In this document: in pieces, positions 16,395-23,924 of the stretch
How positions within the stretch are numbered: position 1 is the stretch's first letter
How the letters are laid out: each line of letters begins with the position of its first letter
Source of the DNA: an uncultured virus (IMG/VR IMGVR_UViG_3300027963_000068)
Taxonomy: Duplodnaviria > Heunggongvirae > Uroviricota > Caudoviricetes
Reading direction: 5' to 3' (one strand)
IMG/VR virus record: IMGVR_UViG_3300027963_000068
Length of the DNA: 64,000 nt
Made by a program: the position numbers and the translations under genes
Notes under the pieces: model-generated
What the model saw: only the letters and a program-made list of their open reading frames with translations
Databases searched by the model: none
Told to the model about the DNA's origin: nothing

Positions 16395-16556
16395 ATGCCT
16401 TACACCGTCTACATCACCGAAACCAGTTACACTTCTGCTGTCTTTGCTACTAAGGAAGAAGCAGAGGCATTTATGGAAGAACCTGACTATGATTTGTGCG
16501 GTAGTTGGGAACTCTCCAATTCCAACATCGAACTGGTTGAGGAGGTGACACCCTAA
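16395..16556 (+). CDS. Small acidic protein, 53 aa
   Basis: Read by hand: MPYTVYITETSYTSAVFATKEEAEAFMEEPDYDL...EEVTP*. Confidence 0.6.
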   Translation: MPYTVYITETSYTSAVFATKEEAEAFMEEPDYDLCGSWELSNSNIELVEEVTP

Positions 16557-16633
16557 CAACTGGCACAAGAGGGCACCAGGATCGCCTCCAGTGCCCTTAT
16601 ACTTTAAGAGCAAACCACACACACCAAACCCAA

Positions 16634-17062
16634 ATGACTCTCACTGCTGTTCCAATTGAAATTGCTTCTGAACTATCACAGAAAGCATTAGATTATATTA
16701 CTGAGTTAGTAGAGGGCACATATGCTCTGGAAGATATCCTACAATTTATCACAGAATACAACAGTGATGATTTCATTAATTATTATGTTGATTATGTAGA
16801 GCAAGGTGAGAAAGTTGGGTTTGATGTTGTTGATGCTTTCTTAGAAGAAAATAATATTTCTGATGTGCATCAAGTAGAGAATGTTTATATGGGTGAGTAT
16901 GAGTCAGAGGCAGACTTTGCCGAGAATTACTATAATGATATCATGGATGTCCCTGATGCATTAGTAATAGACTGGAAGGAAACATTCCATCAATCACTAT
17001 CATATGATTATGATTATGTGAAAGGACATATGAAAGGTTATGTATTCCAACACGACTTTTAG
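16634..17062 (+). CDS. ArdA-like antirestriction (DNA-mimic) protein
   Basis: Highly acidic; YMGEYESEADFAENYY...IDW...L..DY......GYVF matches the ArdA C-terminal pattern. Confidence 0.7.
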   Translation: MTLTAVPIEIASELSQKALDYITELVEGTYALEDILQFITEYNSDDFINYYVDYVEQGEKVGFDVVDAFLEENNISDVHQVENVYMGEYESEADFAENYYNDIMDVPDALVIDWKETFHQSLSYDYDYVKGHMKGYVFQHDF

Positions 17063-17178
17063 ATACTAATACTTCAGGTAGTACAGACACCCTTGTGCCA
17101 GTTGTAGCACTGGCACATAACACTCCCAAACCCCCTCAGTCCGTGCTATGATTACGGAGTAATCAGAAAAAAGCAGGC

Positions 17179-17511
17179 ATGTCCTTCACCAAAACTCAAG
17201 AACAGAAACAAGAGCGTTGGGCACGTATTGCTGAACTTGAAGTATCGAAGAGAGTTATGACTTCTGCTCAATCTATTAGTGCCCGTAACAAACAAAAGAA
17301 AGCAACTATATTAGCAGACAAAGCAGAGAATTTACTTAACTCTCTCACACAGTCTGCAAGAGTATCTAAAGCACCGATGGGAACTAATCCTCTGACAGTA
17401 GAAGATAAGGCACCTGTACCTGATGCTAATACCTTCTTACCTAATAGAAAGAAGATAGATCAATTAGCAGTTAAGGCAAATCAAATCATTGATGATATTC
17501 TTAAAGGTTAA
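17179..17511 (+). CDS. Basic hypothetical protein
   Basis: Behind last promoter repeat. Confidence 0.7.
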   Translation: MSFTKTQEQKQERWARIAELEVSKRVMTSAQSISARNKQKKATILADKAENLLNSLTQSARVSKAPMGTNPLTVEDKAPVPDANTFLPNRKKIDQLAVKANQIIDDILKG

Positions 17512-17532
17512 TCTCTTTATTTCTCAAATCAA

Positions 17533-17715
17533 ATGAACAAACAAACCTGCATTGATGAACTGATTGAAACATTTATGAATCGTCTTGAGTATTTGATTGA
17601 CATAGATGATTATGCTAGTGCCGATGCAATTCACTCTGAATTTGTTGTGAATGGAATTGAACCTGAACACGGTGAATACATCTGGTTATTTGTTCCAAAC
17701 CTTTCTCTTTATTAG
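17533..17715 (+). CDS. Small acidic hypothetical protein
   Basis: ORF track. Confidence 0.6.
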   Translation: MNKQTCIDELIETFMNRLEYLIDIDDYASADAIHSEFVVNGIEPEHGEYIWLFVPNLSLY

Positions 17716-17743
17716 TAACTCTCTCACTTCATTCATTAATCAA

Positions 17744-17872
17744 ATGACTATTCGTTTCACTCAAGACATTCACACAAAGCAAACTGTTTATGTAGTATGT
17801 GATCTCTCTGGTCAGTGTATATTGTTGACTACACTTATCTGTGATGCGATTGCTAAAGTACAAGAAATGTGA
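17744..17872 (+). CDS. Small hypothetical protein
   Basis: Track ORF 17651..17872 restarted at MTIRFTQD. Confidence 0.45.
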   Translation: MTIRFTQDIHTKQTVYVVCDLSGQCILLTTLICDAIAKVQEM

Positions 17873-18009
17873 TATGTGTGTCTGCTATTGATGTAATTAG
17901 AAATGATTAATTAATGTTATTAAAAACATATGTGTTATATTTTGCTATTATAGTATAATGTCTGTTATTATGAAGTATTATAAGTTCTTATTGTCTTCTA
18001 AGGCTGTTA

Positions 18010-18038
18010 ATTATAACACACCACAGTTTATTTGTCAA
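18010..18038 (-). promoter_or_regulatory. Consensus sigma70 promoter, leftward
   Basis: Minus strand TTGACA (18038-18033), 17 nt, TATAAT (18015-18010). Confidence 0.75.
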
Positions 18039-18082
18039 GTGTTTCCAAGGGATTATAAGATTTCCGACACATTCTGAGACAC

Positions 18083-18112
18083 TTGACAACCCCCGACTTC
18101 GTGTGTTATAAT
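18083..18112 (+). promoter_or_regulatory. Consensus sigma70 promoter, rightward
   Basis: TTGACA 18083-18088, 18 nt, TATAAT 18107-18112. Confidence 0.75.
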
Positions 18113-18170
18113 GACTTCGTGGACTGAGATAATAACTTCGTGTATCTGTGAGTATGATACTACTTCGTCC

Positions 18171-18482
18171 TGTGGAAAACTACTTTTCCACAGGTTGTTC
18201 GTGGTAGTATAGAGTATAAGAACTGTTCGTTGTAATAGTTTTCCACAGGTTTAGAAGTAGTTGTAGTATTTGCAAGGGTTTATAAGATTTACCCTGTGGA
18301 AAACTCTCATAAACCTGTGGAAAACTCTTCGTTTACCTGTGGAAAACTACACAAACCTGTGGAAAACCTCATAAGATTGTGGAATACCTGTGGAAAACTC
18401 TTCGTTTACCTGTGGAAAACCTTTATCGTCCTGTGGAAAACCTTTATCGTCCTGTGGAAAACCTTTATCGTCCTGTGGAAAA
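18171..18482. repeat. Array of 13 TTTTCCACA/TGTGGAAAA boxes (DnaA-box-like); candidate origin or DnaA sink
   Basis: Sites at 18171, 18184, 18239, 18295, 18316, 18338, 18358, 18378 (variant), 18389, 18411, 18432, 18453, 18474. Confidence 0.9.
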
Positions 18483-18875
18483 CTCTCAGTTCTTCTAATT
18501 ATGATACCCCCGGTACAGTTATTTTACATACCCTGGGTATAGTTTATATTAATATCAATCAATTTAGTATAATAACCAATATTTTGTAGTTCGTGTATAT
18601 TATTATACAGCACTATTTGACAGTTATATTCAACGTTGTTTGTTTGTTATTATAAACCGATGCCTAAAGTAAAAACGCATAACTACCCTAACCTACAACG
18701 GACCAAAAACGAGAGAGTGATTACGAGTCCGTTTCAAATCGCATAAGTGTTTCCCCTCTTTTATAAAAAATTTCGGAGGAAAAAAATACACAAAAAAGGT
18801 TTCTCACATAATATCGCACAAATCAAAGTATCATAATGCCTATATAATTTTTGAAGACCCAAAACAAAAAAAAAG

Positions 18876-19028
18876 ATGAAATTAGAATTTGACGAATTTG
18901 AAAAAGATTTACTAATTGATACAATTCAACATAGGTTGGATACAGATAAGGTATTGGTAATTAACAATTCACTAAAAGAAGAACTCACAGAATTACTTCG
19001 AAAAGTCGAAGAAGATGAATACTTATAA
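18876..19028 (+). CDS. Small hypothetical protein, 50 aa
   Basis: Read by hand: MKLEFDEFEKDLLIDTIQHRL...EEDEYL*. Confidence 0.6.
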   Translation: MKLEFDEFEKDLLIDTIQHRLDTDKVLVINNSLKEELTELLRKVEEDEYL

Positions 19029-19185
19029 TATTGAGGTAAAAGGAATTTCTATATTAAGCCAAATCCCTCAGAATGATTTACAGAAGAATCTGAAACTTAT
19101 CAGAGGACTTGTATGGACTTCTGGGGGGAATGACAAGGACATTGAAGTTACACTAAATAAAACAAATCCACCTTGCAAAATTTGA
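19015..19185 (+). CDS. Small hypothetical protein, 56 aa
   Basis: Read by hand: MNTYNIEVKGISIL...NPPCKI*; overlaps upstream stop. Confidence 0.55.
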   Translation: MNTYNIEVKGISILSQIPQNDLQKNLKLIRGLVWTSGGNDKDIEVTLNKTNPPCKI

Positions 19186-19225
19186 TTTGCGGTGGTAGAA
19201 TGTAAACGTTACTATTTCAATTTTT

Positions 19226-19978
19226 ATGGCAAAAGGATTTACAGTTAAAGCAAAGGCACCATTAAGTACATCATCAACAGATGATTTTAATTTACAGGCA
19301 ACTAAAGAATTAATTAAAGGAAAGTCGGTTGTATTTTGTCTTCCAGGTCGTGGAGTATCATATACATATTTAAAGAATTTTGTTCAGTTATGTTTTGATC
19401 TTGTGCAGAATGGTGCAAGCATTCAAATATCACAGGATTATTCTTCCATGGTAAACTTTGCACGTTGCAAATGTTTAGGTGCAAATGTTCTCAGGGGACC
19501 AAAACAAATACCTTGGGATGGAAAACTTCAATATGATTATCAACTTTGGATTGATAGTGATATCGTATTTGATACAGAAAAGTTTTATCGTCTTGTAGCA
19601 ATGGATAAAGACATCGCAGCAGGGTGGTATATGACTGAAGATGGTCATACTACCTCAGTTGCTCATTGGTTAGAAGAAGACGATTTTAGGGGCAATGGAG
19701 GAGTCATGAATCATGAAACTGGAGATACAATGAGTAAAAGGCGCAAACCATTTACAGTCGATTATACAGGATTTGGTTGGGTACTGATTAAAAAAGGAGT
19801 ATTTGAAAAACTTGAATATCCTTGGTTTGCTCCTAAAATGCAAGTCTTTGAATCTGGAGAAGTGCAAGATATGTGCGGAGAAGATGTTTCTTTCTGTCTC
19901 GATGCAAAAGAAGCAGGTTATGAGATTTGGTGTGATCCACAGATTCGTGTCGGACATGAAAAGATGAGAGTTATCTGA
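19226..19978 (+). CDS. Glycosyltransferase-like protein (GT-A fold)
   Basis: LWIDSD DxD motif, TGFGWVLIKKGVFE, GEDVSFC, VGHEK; TTGCAA-17-TAGAAT at 19173-19201 upstream. Confidence 0.75.
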   Translation: MAKGFTVKAKAPLSTSSTDDFNLQATKELIKGKSVVFCLPGRGVSYTYLKNFVQLCFDLVQNGASIQISQDYSSMVNFARCKCLGANVLRGPKQIPWDGKLQYDYQLWIDSDIVFDTEKFYRLVAMDKDIAAGWYMTEDGHTTSVAHWLEEDDFRGNGGVMNHETGDTMSKRRKPFTVDYTGFGWVLIKKGVFEKLEYPWFAPKMQVFESGEVQDMCGEDVSFCLDAKEAGYEIWCDPQIRVGHEKMRVI

Positions 19979-19999
19979 GCATTATCTCTCAGACATTTC

Positions 20000-20028
20000 T
20001 TGACGTTTTCAGTGGTTTAACTTAGAAT
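20000..20028 (+). promoter_or_regulatory. sigma70-type promoter
   Basis: TTGACG-17 nt-TAGAAT. Confidence 0.55.
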
Positions 20029-20176
20029 ACCTCTATGAGATTTAAACAAGTCTTATAGAGGTATTTTTCTATATCTCAGAGATGTTATAGGAACTGCTTC
20101 TTATAACATTCTTATAAAACTTACGCAAAAATCCCGTCAAAAACCGTTTTTTGAACAAAAAAGGAGAAGAATTAAA

Positions 20177-20314
20177 ATGGCACTAAATAAAAAAGATCAA
20201 AAGATTGATAGTACACCTAAGAATACACTTCAAGGACAAGGAAAGAATACAAAGTATTCGAAGACAAGTCGAAATTCCGCTCGAAAAAAATATAGAGGTC
20301 AAGGTAAAGGATAA
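20177..20314 (+). CDS. Small basic protein ending YRGQG, 45 aa
   Basis: Read by hand; AAGGAG upstream; KKYRGQG end recurs in T4-like phages near gp25. Confidence 0.75.
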   Translation: MALNKKDQKIDSTPKNTLQGQGKNTKYSKTSRNSARKKYRGQGKG

Positions 20315-20316
20315 AA

Positions 20317-20946
20317 ATGGCTTATCTAAATCACAGCCTTCCAGATTGGAGTTGTTATATTCGTAATGAGTTTCTTTTTAATCATATAAAGGGGCATGGC
20401 GAAGTAACCAAATGTGATGTGCATTGTGTTGCTAGTATTGAAAAAAGAGTTCCTTTGTTTGAGGCATTTCTTGAAAATGGTGTAAATTGGACTCGTAGAC
20501 CTCTTCATGCCTTTTGTTGGAAATCAGATGCACCAATTGAACCATTGGAAGATATTATGTACTGGGATTGTTTTTCGCCATATATTGACGTTCAGAAACG
20601 AGCACGTCTTTCTGGATTGCAGGCAGAATTAATTCGTCCTGACGGAAAAAAGGTGATTGGAAGTTATATGTTTACTCTTGATTGGTCATGGGAAAATAAA
20701 GGAGTCACTGATCTTAATTTTTCAGAGACTCCTGAACATAAATGTGCTCATTTGTTCAAGATGGAAACTGGAAATTACTATGCATACCCAAATAATAGAA
20801 TTATATGGTATGATAGTGCCTGGACATTCAATCGCATTGAATCAAATCCTGGATATGAGATTGATATGAATTTATATTCCGTAGAAAATAAAAGAAAAAT
20901 AGAAACATCTAATCATTACATGTATGAAATTACAAATTTAAATTAA
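20317..20946 (+). CDS. Conserved hypothetical protein
   Basis: 209-aa ORF; WDCFS, YMFTLDW, EHKCAH, YPNNRI motifs. Confidence 0.8.
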   Translation: MAYLNHSLPDWSCYIRNEFLFNHIKGHGEVTKCDVHCVASIEKRVPLFEAFLENGVNWTRRPLHAFCWKSDAPIEPLEDIMYWDCFSPYIDVQKRARLSGLQAELIRPDGKKVIGSYMFTLDWSWENKGVTDLNFSETPEHKCAHLFKMETGNYYAYPNNRIIWYDSAWTFNRIESNPGYEIDMNLYSVENKRKIETSNHYMYEITNLN

Positions 20947-20975
20947 AATAAATAATTTTTTTAGTATCATAATTA

Positions 20976-21317
20976 TTGGAACAATTTTCTATGGGCAATC
21001 ACCTCTTATTAGAGGTATATGATATTGAATATAATTTGTTAAATGATACAATCCCTCTATTGGAAGTAATCCAAAGGGGGATTTCTCGTGCAAAGATGAC
21101 TATTTTAAATATCTTTACTCATAAATTTGAACCACAAGGTCTTACGATTGTGATTGCATTATCAGAAAGTCATTTTTCGGCGCATACATGGCCGGAAAAA
21201 GGATGCATTGCAATTGACATTTATACTTGTGGAGAAGGAAATCCAAAAATTGTTGCAATTGAACTTTTAAAATATTTTAATTCATACAATTATAAAATCA
21301 GAAATCTAAATCGTTAA
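20976..21317 (+). CDS. speD: S-adenosylmethionine decarboxylase proenzyme
   Basis: GNHLLL, FEPQG.T, LSESH autocleavage site, HTWPEKG, DIYTCG; start may be ATG 20991. Confidence 0.92.
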   Translation: MEQFSMGNHLLLEVYDIEYNLLNDTIPLLEVIQRGISRAKMTILNIFTHKFEPQGLTIVIALSESHFSAHTWPEKGCIAIDIYTCGEGNPKIVAIELLKYFNSYNYKIRNLNR

Positions 21318-21380
21318 ATATATTTGGAGATAGAAACCTCCATCATAAAAGTTCTGTTTTATTTTTAAAACAGGAGAAAA

Positions 21381-21620
21381 ATGTCCAATTTATCAGTCGA
21401 TAGAGACAAAGAATATATGCGTCAAATGTGGGGAACTACGCATTTGATTACGGATTATAAAACAGAACCGCCAAAAAGAATCATTCAAGAAATTATGCAT
21501 GATTTGGCACCCAATCATAATTTAAAAAAACAAACCGATCTTCATGAAAAAATTCGTAATGATGAAGATTATGATGATTGGGAATATGGAACGGAACCAA
21601 ATTATGGAAAAACTTGGTAA
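21381..21620 (+). CDS. Hypothetical protein
   Basis: ORF with AGGAG RBS. Confidence 0.75.
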   Translation: MSNLSVDRDKEYMRQMWGTTHLITDYKTEPPKRIIQEIMHDLAPNHNLKKQTDLHEKIRNDEDYDDWEYGTEPNYGKTW

Positions 21621-21654
21621 AAAGTATTATAGATATATAAAAGAGAAAAAATGA

Positions 21655-22056
21655 ATGGCAGTAAAAATTTCTCGTAGTTTTAAAGATATTAGTTTATCTT
21701 TTACTAGACATCCAATTACGAATGATTTAACTGTTTTAAAAAATGAAGATTCGATCAAAAGATCGGTAATGAATCTTGTAAGAACTCGTATTGGGGAAAG
21801 ATTTTTTAATAATTTATTAGGAACATCTATTGAAAACTCCCTTTTTGAAATACAAAGTTCTGAAATATCTGTATTTTTAGAACAAGAAATAACAAATTTA
21901 ATTAATAATTATGAATACAGAATTAAATTAAATAATGTGATCATTGAATCTGAATTAGATAATAATGATTTAAATATTAGTATTTCTTATGACATTGTTG
22001 GTATGCCTTTTGCGACTCAGAATATAGAATTTATTTTACAATCAACAAAAGTCTAA
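21655..22056 (+). CDS. gp25: Baseplate wedge subunit gp25
   Basis: FKDISLSF..HP.T.D, IKRSV.NLV.T..GERFF; position before gp6. Confidence 0.9.
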   Translation: MAVKISRSFKDISLSFTRHPITNDLTVLKNEDSIKRSVMNLVRTRIGERFFNNLLGTSIENSLFEIQSSEISVFLEQEITNLINNYEYRIKLNNVIIESELDNNDLNISISYDIVGMPFATQNIEFILQSTKV

Positions 22057-23924
22057 TGTCATTTAATCAATTTACAAATTTAGATTTTAATGATTTGCGA
22101 ACTCAGATTAAGGACTATCTGAGAGCAAATACAGATTTTAGTGATTTTGATTTTGAAGGATCTAATTTTTCAATTCTAATAGATGTTTTAGCATATAATA
22201 GTTATATTACTGCATATAATACTAATATGCAAGCAAATGAGTCATTTATTGATTCTGCGACATTAAGAGAAAATGTTGTATCTCTTGCAAGAAATATTGG
22301 TTACGTTCCTCGTTCTAAAAGATCAGCTGAATCTAAAATATCTTTTACGGTAAATACCGGATCTTTAAATTCAAGAACAGTTACATTAAAGGCAGGAATT
22401 GTTGCTTTGGGTGCTGTTGAATCTGGCAATTATATATTTTCAATTCCTTCTGCTATAACAACCACAGTTGATAATTTTGGTATTGCATATTTTAATGATA
22501 TATCAATTTATGAAGGAACATATTTAACTAAAACTTTTACGATTGATTATAGTCAACCAAACCAAAAATACATTTTAGATAACACCGATATCGATACATC
22601 TACAATCAGAGTAAGTGTATCTTTAACATCAACCGAAAAATATTCGCTTTATGATAATATTTTAAATATTGATAAAAATTCTAAAGTATTTTTAATTCAA
22701 GAAGTCAATGATGAAAAATACCAAATTCTTTTTGGTGATAATTTATTGGGAAAGAAACCAGAAAACGGAAGCACTGTACTTGTTTCATACATCGTAACTA
22801 ATGGAAAAACTGCAAATGGTGCATCCAATTTTACATTTTCTGGTTCAATTGTGGACAATAACGCAATTACAATTACATCAGGGATTTCACTTTTAACCAC
22901 AACAACATCTGCTCAAAATGGAGATGATATTGAAGAATTGGATTCTATCAAATATCTTGCACCAAGAGTATATGCATCACAATACAGAGCAGTCACAGCA
23001 AACGACTATAAAGCACTAATACCATACATTTATACAAATGTGGATTCGGTATCTGCTTATGGTGGAGACGAATTAGATCCACCACAGTACGGAAAGGTAT
23101 TCATATCAATCAAACCAAGAAATGGAAATTTTTTATCAGAAATTAAAAAAAATGAAATTAGAAAAAAACTAAAACAATATAGTATTGCTGGAATTAAACC
23201 TGAAATTATTGATTTAAAATATCTTTATGTAGAATTGGACACAACAATATATTACAACCAATCATTTACTGCAAATGCAAGTCTACTTCGCAATCAAGTT
23301 ATTAATACCTTAAACATATATTCAAGATCAACGGACGTAAATAGTTTTGGTGGAAGATTTAAGTATAGTAAGGTTAATAGTTTAATTGATAATACAAATC
23401 GAGCAATTACATCTAATATTACAAAAGTCAAAATGAGAAGAGACTTGCAACCAGCATTTAATACATTTGCAACTTATGAGATATGTTTTGGTAATAAATT
23501 TCACCAAAAAACAAATAATTATAGCATCAAATCTTCTGGATTTAAAACTAATGAATTTGCCGAAACTTTATATATTACAGATTTTCCAATTTCATTATCA
23601 TCTGGTAGAATTATTTTATTTAAACTTATAGACAATAATCCCGTAATTGTAAAAAATAATGCAGGAACAGTTGATTATACAAAAGGTGAAATTATACTAG
23701 ATATAATTAATATTACTTCTACATCTCTTGAAACTGGTGTTATTCAAATTGAAGCAGTTCCAGAGTCAAATGATATAATTGCGTTGAAAGATATATATCT
23801 TCAAATAGATATTTCAAATACTGTTGTAAATACTATAGAAGATGTTATTGAATCTGGAGAAAATACTTCAGCTACACAATACACTTCTACCTCAAGTTAC
23901 CTTAACGGATTGTATACAAGATAA
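22056..23924 (+). CDS. gp6: Baseplate wedge subunit gp6
   Basis: LDF..L, DFDFEGSNFS.LIDVLAYN, ESFIDSATLRENVVSLA, QYRAVTANDY. Confidence 0.95.
   Translation: MSFNQFTNLDFNDLRTQIKDYLRANTDFSDFDFEGSNFSILIDVLAYNSYITAYNTNMQANESFIDSATLRENVVSLARNIGYVPRSKRSAESKISFTVNTGSLNSRTVTLKAGIVALGAVESGNYIFSIPSAITTTVDNFGIAYFNDISIYEGTYLTKTFTIDYSQPNQKYILDNTDIDTSTIRVSVSLTSTEKYSLYDNILNIDKNSKVFLIQEVNDEKYQILFGDNLLGKKPENGSTVLVSYIVTNGKTANGASNFTFSGSIVDNNAITITSGISLLTTTTSAQNGDDIEELDSIKYLAPRVYASQYRAVTANDYKALIPYIYTNVDSVSAYGGDELDPPQYGKVFISIKPRNGNFLSEIKKNEIRKKLKQYSIAGIKPEIIDLKYLYVELDTTIYYNQSFTANASLLRNQVINTLNIYSRSTDVNSFGGRFKYSKVNSLIDNTNRAITSNITKVKMRRDLQPAFNTFATYEICFGNKFHQKTNNYSIKSSGFKTNEFAETLYITDFPISLSSGRIILFKLIDNNPVIVKNNAGTVDYTKGEIILDIINITSTSLETGVIQIEAVPESNDIIALKDIYLQIDISNTVVNTIEDVIESGENTSATQYTSTSSYLNGLYTR

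Larger units (their letters stand above)
3146..17165 (+). promoter_or_regulatory. Dispersed family of 16 promoter elements: TGTGCCAST-N6-ACTGGCACA palindrome, 28-30 nt, (TGC)TATAAT/TATGAT, often ATTAC-RGA-GTAAT
   Basis: Copies start near 3146, 5108, 5872, 7065, 8265, 9362, 10378, 10704, 11403, 11701, 13000, 13473, 14970, 15810, 16559, 17094; each precedes a + strand start codon; some have only the right half-site. Confidence 0.9.

Noticed and set aside
3146..17165. Repeats as sigma54 promoters (TGGCAC), CRISPR repeats or integron attC sites
   Set aside because: No TTGC at -12 spacing; intervals are whole genes of variable length; no GTTRRRY cores or integrase; fixed spacing to a sigma70 -10 fits better
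18171..18482. CRISPR array
   Set aside because: Repeat core only ~12 bp, spacers ~10 bp and often identical, mixed orientation, no cas genes
18296..18589. 97-aa ORF (LWKTFIV repeats)
   Set aside because: Translation of the DNA repeat array; no RBS
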